A stretch of 24,430 bases of DNA from a virus (Duplodnaviria; Caudoviricetes). Below are positions 9,163-17,895 of this stretch, in pieces (the first letter of the stretch is position 1; the number at the start of each line of letters is the position of its first letter). Below the pieces are notes generated by a model. That model did no database searches and was not told the origin of the DNA. It saw nothing but the letters and a program-made list of their open reading frames with translations. The stretch is taken from positions 1-24,430 of the IMG/VR virus record IMGVR_UViG_3300008007_000061; one strand, given 5' to 3'. Both the position numbers and the translations under genes were made by a program.

Positions 9163-9192
9163 AAAAAAAGCCCCGGCCGCCCGCCGGGGCTT
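9163..9192 (-). terminator. Rho-independent terminator
   Basis: AAGCCCCGGC/GCCGGGGCTT stem running into a T-tract on the minus strand, right after the 9198 stop. Confidence 0.85.
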
Positions 9193-9197
9193 GGGGA

Positions 9198-9626
9198 TTA
9201 CTCTTTTATGATGGCGCCGGATGCGTGGAGCTGTTCGGCGATGGTCAGGTTTTCCTGGTGGTCGCCCTTCCAGAAGCGCAGGACGACATCCAGCAGGGCG
9301 CAGCGCTCGGCGTGGCTCATGGCGCGGACCTGCTCGGCAAATTGGTCCGCATCAAGTTCCCATTTTTTGGCGAGGCCGTCGAGCTTTCCGGATTCGGCGA
9401 TATCGGCCCAGAGGTAATCGCCGGTGTTATCCTCAACGAACGTTCCATTGAGCATGTCGGCCAGGAAAGACCACTGGCCGGTGGTGAGGGCCGGGCAGGC
9501 TTCGGCGGTGATGCGGCCGTAGTGGCTGATGATGCCGTTGACCCGGCCGGCGCGGTTTTCGGCGGGGCCGATGATTTGCATCGACTTCGCCGTGAGGTAA
9601 AGGGTGTGTCGTTTTGATTTTGACAT
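9198..9626 (-). CDS. Hypothetical protein, possible N-terminal ribbon-helix-helix DNA-binding region
   Basis: MSKSKRHTLYLT alternating strand followed by helices; start could be 9626 or 9638. Confidence 0.6.
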   Translation of the reverse strand: MSKSKRHTLYLTAKSMQIIGPAENRAGRVNGIISHYGRITAEACPALTTGQWSFLADMLNGTFVEDNTGDYLWADIAESGKLDGLAKKWELDADQFAEQVRAMSHAERCALLDVVLRFWKGDHQENLTIAEQLHASGAIIKE

Positions 9627-9771
9627 GGAGGATTCCATTTTTATTGTGCCCCCGCAGCAGATACGGGGGACTTTTCGGCGGGGGCTGGGTGCCAGTCTCT
9701 GCTAACCCGCTATCCGTAGCCGGGGGCTGGTAGTGCCTGCGAGTGGGTGCCATCTCGCTACGCCTGCATGT

Positions 9772-10104
9772 TTAACGATCCCCGTTGGCGATTCGGGTGA
9801 CCGGCCATTTTGCCCCATGGCTTCGGGTGAAGCGTACTGACAGCCGTTCAGGCGGTACGCCGTACTTAGCTGGCTTTCCCCTTCATTCTGCTGGCGTCGC
9901 GTCACAACTCCAGCAGATTTGTTTTCCGTGCGACTGGTAGCCGTAGAAGGTACCGGTCGCAGCGTCGCGGCAGACCTCACCACAATAATCACAGGTCAGG
10001 TCGGACTGGCGCATCCACGAGGATGCGCAATCACAACCCTGTGGTTGGTCAAGATGCCCCCTGCTGCCACATTTGCAGCAGAAGGTGACTGCTTGCGGGC
10101 AGTC
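9772..10104 (-). pseudogene. Cryptic Cys-rich (zinc-finger-like) reading frame lacking its start, with an in-frame TGA at 9885-9883
   Basis: DCPQAVTFCCKCGSRGHLDQPQGCDCASSWMRQSDLTCDYCGEVCRD...ICWSCDATPAE*: 11 Cys in 73 codons with three CxxC motifs; frame stays open 36 more codons after TGA. Confidence 0.45.
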
Positions 10105-10168
10105 CTATGTATGATTGCAAGGGGAAAATGATAAAAAATTGCTTTTTTTTGCTGATGGTGCTTTTTTT

Positions 10169-10208
10169 CATCCGTCCCATAGGCCCGATGAGAACCATGG
10201 GACGGATG
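10169..10208. repeat. REP-like inverted repeat after the radical SAM gene
   Basis: 12-bp perfect arms catccgtcccat/atgggacggatg; followed by an A-run, not a U-run, on the coding strand. Confidence 0.6.
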
Positions 10209-10211
10209 GGG

Positions 10212-10940
10212 TTATGCGGCGGTGGCCAGGTACTTGCGCAGATCGTCCTTGATGTAGTAGCGGCAGCCGAAACGATCGAGCAGGGCGACGGCTTCGGCTG
10301 CGAACTTGGCCCAATCGATGGCGTTGGCGGCTTTATCATAGTTCCAGCGGCCGACCTTGTAAGTATCGACAAAAGTGTGTGTCTGGCGGATGATCTCCAG
10401 CGTCTGTTCGGGATCGATGACCGGCTCCAGGCTGGCCCAGGTTTCAACACCGGCGGCCTTAAGGGCGCTAAGCGTCATGATCCGATTTAACGGCAGCATG
10501 GCGCCGGGTTCCCAGGCACGCGAATCGGCGTCGCTTATAAAGGTGAGCGTAGCACCGACGATGGCACGATTGGCTTTGATCTGATCGAGATCGTCGAGGC
10601 AGCGGTGCCCACCCTTGGTGAGGATCCGGGCGCGGATATTGTGCCTGGTGAATATCTCCAGTGTCTGGCGGGTGAGGCGGAACTCGCGCTCGATCGGCTG
10701 GTAGGGATCGCAAGTGAAGCAGAGATGCACTTCTTGCCCGGCATAGGCGGGGGCTTCTTTTTCGATCTGGCGCAGGACATCGACCGGGCGAATTGCGGCC
10801 CGGTGGAAGGCTTCGGGCTTGCGGCGCAGGGCGGCCGGGGCGTAGCAGTAGCTGCAGCCGTGGCTGCAGCCGGCGTAGAGGTTGGCGGCGAGGTCGCAGT
10901 ATTCGCGGGCTTTTCCGGACGGTTGGTAGATGATGGACAT
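10212..10940 (-). CDS. Radical SAM protein (spore-photoproduct-lyase-like group), 242 aa
   Basis: NLYAGCSHGCSYCYA (CxxxCxxC), CDPYQPIE, ILTK, WEPGA, SLEPVI motifs; RBS AGGAGG. Confidence 0.9.
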   Translation of the reverse strand: MSIIYQPSGKAREYCDLAANLYAGCSHGCSYCYAPAALRRKPEAFHRAAIRPVDVLRQIEKEAPAYAGQEVHLCFTCDPYQPIEREFRLTRQTLEIFTRHNIRARILTKGGHRCLDDLDQIKANRAIVGATLTFISDADSRAWEPGAMLPLNRIMTLSALKAAGVETWASLEPVIDPEQTLEIIRQTHTFVDTYKVGRWNYDKAANAIDWAKFAAEAVALLDRFGCRYYIKDDLRKYLATAA

Positions 10941-10969
10941 GATGTGCCTCCTTTGGTTGATTTTATGAA

Positions 10970-10978
10970 ATTATATCA
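10970..10978 (-). promoter_or_regulatory. Extended -10 promoter for the radical SAM gene
   Basis: TGATATAAT (TGn-TATAAT) about 30 nt upstream of the ATG; poor -35. Confidence 0.45.
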
Positions 10979-10994
10979 CAACTACTTGTTTTTG

Positions 10995-11585
10995 CTACAC
11001 TTTTTTTAAAATAATACCATAATACCGCATATTGCCTCGGGGGTTTTTGCCCTGCAGGGCCAGGTTGATTTGCAAGCCGTAGCGGGCAGCGGCTTGGGTG
11101 ACGACTCTGCAATTTATGAAATCGTGGTGGAGATGCAGGTTGGGGATGTTGAGGCCGGGCGGAAGATTTAACCCGGAACGCAGGCCAGCGGGAAGGCTGG
11201 ACATGCGCATTTTAAAATCAAGACCCTCGGTGAGGGCAACGGCGATCTTCTCACCCTCGGCGAGTTTTCGCCGATGCATGACAATCAGGAACTGGTGCCA
11301 TGGTGAACCGTAAGCGTCAAGATCAAAAAAGTTGAAATCGCTCAGATCGGCGGCGCGCAGAAACTTACGGTTGTCGACTTTGAGCAAGGTTCGTCCGTCA
11401 TCCAGCGGCTTGAGGTCAAGACCGAGATAGGGCAGCCCATGGTAGCATTCGCGCCAGATGTGGCCACTACCGGCGAAGGCTTCCAGGACAGATGGCTTTG
11501 CAATCTCGGCAAGCAGGCGCTGGCGAATAACGATCTTTTCCCCGCGATCGGTGTTGTCGGTGGGTTGCCATGCTTTAACGCTCAT
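10995..11585 (-). CDS. Class I SAM-dependent methyltransferase-like protein, 196 aa
   Basis: VLEAFAGSG (motif I), LGLD, FFDLDAYGSP (DPPY-like motif). Start moved to ATG 11585 (ATGA overlap). Confidence 0.65.
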   Translation of the reverse strand: MSVKAWQPTDNTDRGEKIVIRQRLLAEIAKPSVLEAFAGSGHIWRECYHGLPYLGLDLKPLDDGRTLLKVDNRKFLRAADLSDFNFFDLDAYGSPWHQFLIVMHRRKLAEGEKIAVALTEGLDFKMRMSSLPAGLRSGLNLPPGLNIPNLHLHHDFINCRVVTQAAARYGLQINLALQGKNPRGNMRYYGIILKKV

Positions 11586-12199
11586 GCTTCGCCACCCGCT
11601 ACCACAACCTTGTCGGTGCTGGCCTGGGTGATGGCAGCGCGGATCTTGTGCAGCTCGGAAAGTGGACCCCGCACCACTAGCCAGAAAGGTTCGTAACTTT
11701 CGGAAAGATCCCACTCTTTGATTTCTGGAGGATCGGGCGGGGCGGTGAGTTTATCAACGACGGCGGTGTCAAAACCGGTCAACTCAAGCGGCGCGCCAAG
11801 ATCGGAGAGATCGACAAGCAACGCTTTAACCATTGCGTTGTCGAAATCCCCGGCCTGGTTGTTGGCGGCGAGGTTGGCAAGTTTTTCTTTTGTCTCGGGC
11901 CAGTCAACTTCACGATAGGCAAGCCGGCCATGCGGTGTGTCAATGTGTCCGGTGGCGACGGTTCCGGCCTGGTCGGCGTGGGGCTGCTTGTCGATTGGCC
12001 AGGAATCTTGCAGGGCGGCGATGCGCTGATGTCCACCGACGAGACGGCCGGTGCGGATGTTGAATACAATTCCGCCAAGGTCTCCGAATTCCTGCAGCTG
12101 CTGACGCAGGCGCGTAATGGCGCCGGGGGAGACTTTGCGGGGGTTGTACTCGGCTGGGGTGAGATCGGCGGTGGTTGACTTGTGGACGGCGGTCGGCAT
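11582..12199 (-). CDS. ParB/Srx-like N-terminal domain protein, 205 aa
   Basis: LTPAEYNPR, FGDLGGIVFN, LVGGHQRI, ANLAAN, LTGFD motifs. Confidence 0.85.
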   Translation of the reverse strand: MPTAVHKSTTADLTPAEYNPRKVSPGAITRLRQQLQEFGDLGGIVFNIRTGRLVGGHQRIAALQDSWPIDKQPHADQAGTVATGHIDTPHGRLAYREVDWPETKEKLANLAANNQAGDFDNAMVKALLVDLSDLGAPLELTGFDTAVVDKLTAPPDPPEIKEWDLSESYEPFWLVVRGPLSELHKIRAAITQASTDKVVVAGGEA

Positions 12200-12228
12200 G
12201 GCGGTGACTCCTGTGGGCTTGGTGGACG

Positions 12229-12903
12229 TTATGGACAGATTTCGAGTTCGGCGGTGCCGGAGAGATAGTCTTTGATTTCGGCCATCCAGCGGGCGGTGAA
12301 CTGGTAAATAACGGGGTCGTTGTCGATGACATACTGCTCGACGCGGGAGTTATAGGCGTGGTTTCCGCTGCCCTCGATGGTGTAGTGGTTGCCCTGGTCG
12401 GTGCGGCAGCTGATGAGCTTGGCATGGGATGAGCAGAACCAGAGGGTGACGGCGGGGTGCCCGGCGAACTTGTTTTTGACGATTTCTTCTTTTTCGCGGT
12501 GGGCCTTGTTGCGCAGGTTGGACATGAGGATTTCAGCCTGAAGAATGCGGCCGGTGTCGATCATCTCAAGCAAAAGCAGGGCGGCGTGTTAGTTGATGGA
12601 GTAAACGGCCATGCGCAGATCAACGATCACTTCGCGTTGGGCGATGTGGTGCAGCAACTCTATGGCGTTGAAGCTGCGCCGGGTGACGAGGCGGAATTGT
12701 TCGCCGGGCGCTGGCAGGCCGACATCAGCAAGGCGCTCGATGACGGCGGCGACCTTGTGCTTGTAGGCGCGGTAAAGGGAATCTTCCATTTCTTCCAGCC
12801 CGGAGGTGCGCGGGTCTTTTTCGCGGGTGCGCCAGGTGAGGGGCTGACCCTCGTCGAGGCTGGCGAGAGCGCCAAAGTCGGGCATGGGGAGCAGGCCGGT
12901 CAT
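12229..12903 (-). pseudogene. Phospholipase D-like nuclease interrupted by one in-frame TAA (12591-12589)
   Basis: Two track ORFs in the same frame: ...AVYSIN*HAALLLLEMID...SHAKL...GSGN...EQ (HxK...GSxN PLD signature). Confidence 0.7.
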
Positions 12904-13112
12904 CACGCGCCCCCGACAAATTCGGCGGACCATTCGTCGAGTTTGCGGCGGCTGCCGATCCAGATTCCGGCAGTCCCGTTTTTTCCGCCTTTGCGGATGG
13001 GCAGCGAGAGTTCACGGTGCCATTTGAGGGCGGTGGCTTCGCTGATGCCGTGCAGGTACTGGCAGATTGCTTTCATGCCGACCAGCAGGTCGCCGTGTTC
13101 GTCTTTTTTCAT
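12903..13112 (-). CDS. Small excisionase/MerR-type HTH DNA-binding protein, 69 aa
   Basis: LLVGMKAICQYLHGISEATALKW..LPI...W...LDEW; TAATG coupling to terminase, RBS GGAGG. Confidence 0.65.
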   Translation of the reverse strand: MKKDEHGDLLVGMKAICQYLHGISEATALKWHRELSLPIRKGGKNGTAGIWIGSRRKLDEWSAEFVGGA

Positions 13113-15055
13113 TACCACCTCCGTGATTTGTGCGGTTTACGGTTGTCGTCGGTTTTTGGTTTATCGGCTGTGCCCGGGTCAGTGCCGGGGCGGCGGGCGT
13201 GCTGCCAGCCGAGGTACATGGCCAGGGCCAGACCCATCTGGGCGCAGTCCCATAAATGATTGGCTTTGCCGTCGGGGCATTGCCAGAGTCCGCGTTCGTC
13301 GCGGCCTTCGGCGCACATCTGCCGGGCGTAGGCTTCGAGGTTGTGGCTTTGCTGGGTGCCGGGGTCGCGCTTTAGGGCGGCGAGTTGTTCGGCGGTGAAT
13401 CCGCTGTGTAACACCCAGGCGCCGGGATCTGTAGGATCGATGGCCAGCTTGTTGGCGATGATGTCTTTGTGAAAATGGCTGTCGATGCTGTAAAGGTTGA
13501 GTCCGCCGGGGATGGGGCGGCCGCTGCCGGGGTAGCGGTCGAGGCGGCTGACAGTGACCGGCTGGGTTTTGCGGCTGCTGGCGCCTTTGGCGGCGCAGGC
13601 TCCAGTACGGCGGCACCAGGCGTAGACTTCGGCGGCGCGGTGCCCGCCGGAATCGATGACGCAGGCGGTGACGCGGTGGGGCTCGCCGTTTTCGTCGGGA
13701 TATTCGCCGGCCAGCAGGGCATCGGGGCCGGTGAAATCGGCGGCGGCGCTGCTGTGGATAAATCCGGCTTTGACCAGCCAGCTTTTTAGATCGAGCCCGT
13801 AGCGCCAGGCGCGCAGTTCGTACCAGAACCCGGAATCCTGGGTGTCGATGGAGAGCAGCAGGGCGTCGGCTTCTGAGGGCATCTGCCCGGCGGGGCGCTG
13901 ATCGCGCAGGCGCAGGATGGCGTCTTCTTTGCGGTCGGAGATTTCGGCGGTGTAGTCTTCGACCCGGTAGCCATTGGCGTAGGCGATTTTGGCGCTCAGA
14001 CCGCCGGTTTCGGCGCGGAGTTTGGCGGCGACGATTTCGGCGAGGGGTACGGTGGGAAAAACCCAGGCGGGGGCATGCCAGCCGATGGAGTCGGGGCGCG
14101 GTTGATCGGCACCTTGTAAAATGTGCGGGCGGCCTGACTGGTAGGCGGCGGCGCGCTGGGCTTCGTCCCAGATTGACCCGCAGGCGGGGCAGGCAAGGCC
14201 GAGCTCGGCATGGGCGGCGCTGGCGACGGTGGTGCCCTGAGGGATAACCAGATGCTCATCACCGGGCAGGACATATTCAAAACAGGCCGGGCAGTGCATA
14301 GCCCAGGTTTTAAGCTGAGCGCAGGCGAGGGTTCCGGCGTGAATGAAGCGCCCGGCCGGGGTGCTGGCAAAGACATACTTGGAGCGGTGGCGGTCGTCGC
14401 GGGCGCGTTTGAGGAACAGGGTGATGGGGTCGCTGCCCTCGCTGGTGCGCTCGGGGAATTTGTCGCATTCGTCGGCAATGTTGAGACGGCCGAAATAGGC
14501 GGCCATACTGCCGGGCGAGTTGGCCCAGGCGGGAAACAGGCGGATGCCGTGGTTAAAGCGGATGGTTCCGCGCGCAGTGTCGTCGGCACTGCTGGAGAGA
14601 TAGCGGGCGATGCGGCCGGGGCGGCCGTGGTCGTCGCTGGCGCGAAAGACGGGGATGATGCGCTCCCCCATGGCTTTGCGGGCGTCGTGTTCGGTGGGCA
14701 TGAGCCAGAAGATATTCCCTGATTGGGCTCCCTGGTCGATGGTGTGGCAGACGGTGTTGAGCAAAATTTGGGTTTTAGCGCCACGCTCGGGCAAACAGAT
14801 CCAGACCTGGCGTACCCAGGGTTTACCGATATCATCCATGATGGGCAGGGTGTGCGGGACCATATCACCGCGCCAGCGGCCGGGTTTAGCATCGATTTCG
14901 GTGACGCGCCGGTACTTCTCGGCCCATTGGCTGATGCTGAGCGGCTCGGGTGTGCGCATGCGCTGCCGCAGGGCGCGGCTGGGCTTGGTGGTGACGCTGC
15001 GCCCGGCCAGGTGCGCGAAGAGCGGCAGCGGGCGGATGGTCGGGGTGATCAGCAT
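13112..15055 (-). CDS. Terminase large subunit, lambda gpA family, 647 aa
   Basis: ISQWAE, PGRW, Walker B IADECDKFP, STP, CPAC..CPAC, IDTQ, IDSGG, NHLWDC. Confidence 0.92.
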   Translation of the reverse strand: MLITPTIRPLPLFAHLAGRSVTTKPSRALRQRMRTPEPLSISQWAEKYRRVTEIDAKPGRWRGDMVPHTLPIMDDIGKPWVRQVWICLPERGAKTQILLNTVCHTIDQGAQSGNIFWLMPTEHDARKAMGERIIPVFRASDDHGRPGRIARYLSSSADDTARGTIRFNHGIRLFPAWANSPGSMAAYFGRLNIADECDKFPERTSEGSDPITLFLKRARDDRHRSKYVFASTPAGRFIHAGTLACAQLKTWAMHCPACFEYVLPGDEHLVIPQGTTVASAAHAELGLACPACGSIWDEAQRAAAYQSGRPHILQGADQPRPDSIGWHAPAWVFPTVPLAEIVAAKLRAETGGLSAKIAYANGYRVEDYTAEISDRKEDAILRLRDQRPAGQMPSEADALLLSIDTQDSGFWYELRAWRYGLDLKSWLVKAGFIHSSAAADFTGPDALLAGEYPDENGEPHRVTACVIDSGGHRAAEVYAWCRRTGACAAKGASSRKTQPVTVSRLDRYPGSGRPIPGGLNLYSIDSHFHKDIIANKLAIDPTDPGAWVLHSGFTAEQLAALKRDPGTQQSHNLEAYARQMCAEGRDERGLWQCPDGKANHLWDCAQMGLALAMYLGWQHARRPGTDPGTADKPKTDDNRKPHKSRRW

Positions 15056-15786
15056 GGGGTGTCCTCCAGAGCTTCGATGGTGACGGTGATTTCTCCGTTG
15101 TCGGCGATTTCGTTGGCGGCGGCGGCCAGGGCGGAGTCGATGATTGACTGAACCTCGGCAAGCCGACCGGGGTGACCGCCTGCGGCGTGGATGATGGCGG
15201 TTAGGTTTTTGCCCAGGTGATAGGCAACGGCGTCACGTAAACGGCTAGTCCAGACGCAGATTTCTTCTTCAGCGTTTTCGCGCCGGATCCAGTCACGGTC
15301 GAGCTCGCGGGCTTCGCGTTCGTCCTGGCGCTCTTTGATGCGGGCTTCGGCTTCGGCTTTAAGGGTGTCGGCGAGTTCTTTGCGCGCGGTGAGGTCTACA
15401 CCGCTGCTGCTGGCGGGGCGCTCTTTGCGCAGCATTTCGCTCACAGCGAGGCGGCTAACTTTTTTGCCGTCGGCAGGGACGCTGGTGTAAAAGCTGGATT
15501 TTTGGCGCTGGCCGCCGTTTTCGGTGTACCAGGAAAAGGCGGCGGCTTTGTCTTTAAAGACGGGGCCGACGGCTTTTGCGGCGTCATGGGGAAAGGCTTG
15601 CGGCCAGAGACGATCAACGGCTTGGCTGAGGGCAGCGCGTGCGGCGCTCCATTCTTTGCGGTTTGCGGCGGTTTTTTCGCGCCCGAAGGTGTGCGTCCAC
15701 TCAATATAGGCGTCATGAAGCAGCCCTAGCTCTGCTTTATCGGCGCCGGTGAGGGCATCATGGAGTTTTTTCACGCGTTCGAACAT
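15049..15786 (-). CDS. Probable terminase small subunit, 245 aa
   Basis: Overlaps the large-subunit start; C-terminal coiled coil (KAEAEARIKE...WIRRE) as in Nu1-like proteins. Confidence 0.55.
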   Translation of the reverse strand: MFERVKKLHDALTGADKAELGLLHDAYIEWTHTFGREKTAANRKEWSAARAALSQAVDRLWPQAFPHDAAKAVGPVFKDKAAAFSWYTENGGQRQKSSFYTSVPADGKKVSRLAVSEMLRKERPASSSGVDLTARKELADTLKAEAEARIKERQDEREARELDRDWIRRENAEEEICVWTSRLRDAVAYHLGKNLTAIIHAAGGHPGRLAEVQSIIDSALAAAANEIADNGEITVTIEALEDTPC

Positions 15787-15897
15787 GGGCGGTGTCCTTT
15801 TGCGACTAGAGGTAGTAGTCGCGGGCTGTGTTTTTTACAGTTGGCTAGCTTCTTGTTCTGATCTCCTCATCATCCGCGCCAGATCAAGGCGCTTAGC

Positions 15898-16092
15898 TCA
15901 ATTATTGGCATCTCTTTTTTGCATTGCTCTATAATTATCGCTTGAACCAGAAATATAAGAATCGGACATAATTTTCCGCATTGCGTTTCGCAGGTCATCA
16001 AGCGTTTTTTGCAGAGTGTGGTATTTCAGAGACGATCCTGCTGCTTTTAAAATTGAATCGATGTTCGCGTCTATTTTTTGTTCTGATGTCAT
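15898..16092 (-). CDS. Hypothetical protein, 64 aa
   Basis: ORF with RBS AAAGG, on the phage coding strand. Confidence 0.55.
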   Translation of the reverse strand: MTSEQKIDANIDSILKAAGSSLKYHTLQKTLDDLRNAMRKIMSDSYISGSSDNYRAMQKRDANN

Positions 16093-16123
16093 GGCTTGTG
16101 CCTTTTGGTTCTTTTAAGGGTTT

Positions 16124-16291
16124 TTATTTGTTTGCTATGTTTTCTCGCTTGCTGTGTTCTTCGGCTTTTTCGATGGCCTGGAGCAGGGCTCGGGTGGCGC
16201 CCTGGGTGGTTTTGTGGGCGTTGGCGAGCAGGAGCAGCCCGGCAATTTCTTCGAGACGGTGGTATGTGTGGATGTTGACAAGTGTTTTCAT
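16124..16291 (-). CDS. Hypothetical protein, 55 aa (below track cutoff)
   Basis: AAAGGAC RBS, MKTLVNIHTYHRLEEIAGLLLLANAHKTTQGATRALLQAIEKAEEHSKRENIANK. Confidence 0.5.
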   Translation of the reverse strand: MKTLVNIHTYHRLEEIAGLLLLANAHKTTQGATRALLQAIEKAEEHSKRENIANK

Positions 16292-16306
16292 GCGGTGTCC
16301 TTTTGT

Positions 16307-16510
16307 TTAATTATTCATCTCGTCGTCAGCACCCAAGACTTTTTTCGCTTTTGCTTTCTTTTTAAACAATCTGGTTCTCGCATTACAGTGCTGACAAGCA
16401 TAGGGATACCGCTCTCTTCCAGCAGAATCCACCATCTTTCTTAATGTCCAATCAGGCCCATTTCCACAATTTTGGCAAGGTTCATTTAGCTTTTCTTGAT
16501 GATTAAACAT
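16307..16510 (-). CDS. Zinc-ribbon protein, Lar restriction-alleviation-like, 67 aa
   Basis: PCQNCG...CQHCNART...KAKAKK pattern resembles Lar-family proteins. Confidence 0.45.
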   Translation of the reverse strand: MFNHQEKLNEPCQNCGNGPDWTLRKMVDSAGRERYPYACQHCNARTRLFKKKAKAKKVLGADDEMNN

Positions 16511-16655
16511 TTCATTACTTCAACATAACAGGTGGATTCTGTTCTTGTGGTTATAACAGGACATCAATTATCCTCTCTCTTCGTTAATAACAATCTGAAG
16601 ACACAGGTTTTACTGCGTAGACTTTTTATTTCGTATCCTCTATCCCTTTTTTAAA

Positions 16656-17630
16656 TCAGGTTTTTGTGTTGTTTTTTTCAGCTATTCTCTCTCTTTCTTT
16701 GAGGAGCTGAATCACTCTGTTATAACTTTCACAACTATCGCCATACTTTTCATTCACCGCTTCAATAAAAGCTTCCAACGTATCATGAAAACATCCGGCA
16801 CAGATTGAACCGTCCGGTTGAACAGTTATAAATCTGTGAAATTCACCGACTGGGCCTAACATTAAAATTTCACCGTCTCCGGTATCTGTTCCAGTACAAT
16901 GAAGCATACCAACAACTTGTCGGCTATTACCCGTTTGTTGGCTATCACCAAACTGTCGGCTGTCACCGTACTGCTGGCTATTTCCAAACTGTTTGCTGTT
17001 TCCAAGCTGTTGACTCGTATCAAACTGTCGACTATTCCCGAATTGCCGACTATCCCCGTACTGGGTGCTATCCCCGTGCTGGCTGCTATTGCCAAATTGT
17101 CTGCTATCACCAAACTGTTGGCTGGTACCAAACTGTTTACTACTACCGAATTGGTGGCTATTAGAAAACTGTTGGCTGTTACCAAACTGCCGACTATGCC
17201 CGGACTGTTTGCTATTCCCAAACTGACGACTGTTCCCGTGCTGTTGACTATTCTCGAACTGCCAACTATTCCCGTACTGTTTGCTGTTACCAGCTTGTTG
17301 ACTGGTATCAAACTGTCGGCTATTATCACACTGTCGACTGTCGCCAAACTGTTGACTATTCCCGTATTGTTTGCTATCACCAGATTGTTGGCTATTACCA
17401 AACCCAACAGAGTTCCCCGATCTATTGGAATTTTGGTAACCAACTGCTTCATCAAAAAGCCAACAATTCCCTTTTTGACTTAAATTCTTTTCTAACTGCA
17501 CCCAACCACCGAGGTCTCCGGCCTTAACTGGTAAATGAATGGTTTCAAAATCTTTTAAAGCTCTGATTCTAAAAACTGTTTCACCGGTTGGCATTACCTT
17601 ACTTTCATTCGTCAATTTATATTTCTTCAT
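16656..17630 (-). CDS. Phage hexapeptide-repeat (beta-solenoid) protein, 324 aa
   Basis: N-terminus KKYKLT...FRIRALKDF..VKAGDLGGW..EKNLSQ.GNCW and C-terminus AGCFHDTLEAF are typical of a phage family with central hexapeptide repeats. Confidence 0.85.
   Translation of the reverse strand: MKKYKLTNESKVMPTGETVFRIRALKDFETIHLPVKAGDLGGWVQLEKNLSQKGNCWLFDEAVGYQNSNRSGNSVGFGNSQQSGDSKQYGNSQQFGDSRQCDNSRQFDTSQQAGNSKQYGNSWQFENSQQHGNSRQFGNSKQSGHSRQFGNSQQFSNSHQFGSSKQFGTSQQFGDSRQFGNSSQHGDSTQYGDSRQFGNSRQFDTSQQLGNSKQFGNSQQYGDSRQFGDSQQTGNSRQVVGMLHCTGTDTGDGEILMLGPVGEFHRFITVQPDGSICAGCFHDTLEAFIEAVNEKYGDSCESYNRVIQLLKERERIAEKNNTKT
16914..17435 (-). repeat. About 29 tandem 18-bp (6-aa) units, consensus G-N/D-S-Q/R-Q-F
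   Basis: Direct count from the translation; Ser at position 3 in all units, Gln at position 5 in 27. Confidence 0.92.
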
Positions 17631-17872
17631 CTGTTCTCTTTATTATTCGGATCATCCGTTAACTCAAGGTAAATTTGTAATGTGTGAATGGCCTTTTTAA
17701 TATCAAGCGTTCCGCCCTTGTCACGCTCACGTGCGAGGTAGGCAATTGCCGTTCCCTTAGCAAATCCGCGGAGTTCGTCTCGCGTTAACCACTTTTCCAA
17801 AACTTTCCATGGTTGATAGTCACCGAGTTTCGCATAATGGTCTCCGCCTTCTTGTTGGTTCAGCGCACTCAT
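17627..17872 (-). CDS. DUF3310-family protein (T7 gp1.7/SaV-like), 81 aa
   Basis: QEGGDHY, GFAKGTAIAYLAR..KGG..DIKKAIH motifs. Confidence 0.8.
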   Translation of the reverse strand: MSALNQQEGGDHYAKLGDYQPWKVLEKWLTRDELRGFAKGTAIAYLARERDKGGTLDIKKAIHTLQIYLELTDDPNNKENR

Positions 17873-17895
17873 GCAACCTCTTTCTCCGGCAAGGT
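17832..17895. repeat. 64-bp direct repeat, copy 1 (copy 2 at 18930-18993, 2 mismatches)
   Basis: gcataatg(g/a)tctccgccttcttgttggttcagc(g/a)cactcatgcaacctctttctccggcaaggt. Confidence 0.9.

Noticed and set aside
10169-10208. Rho-independent terminator after the radical SAM gene
   Set aside because: The stem has a long loop and is followed by A's rather than U's on the coding strand.
16523-16556. attC-like ACATAAC...GTTATAA upstream of the Lar-like gene
   Set aside because: Too short and lacks complementary L boxes; may be chance in AT-rich DNA.
16914-17435. CRISPR array
   Set aside because: Contiguous degenerate 18-bp coding units with no unique spacers and no cas genes.
16862-17483. Overlapping ORFs 16862..17455 (-) and 16899..17483 (+)
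   Set aside because: Open frames are a by-product of the 18-bp periodicity.
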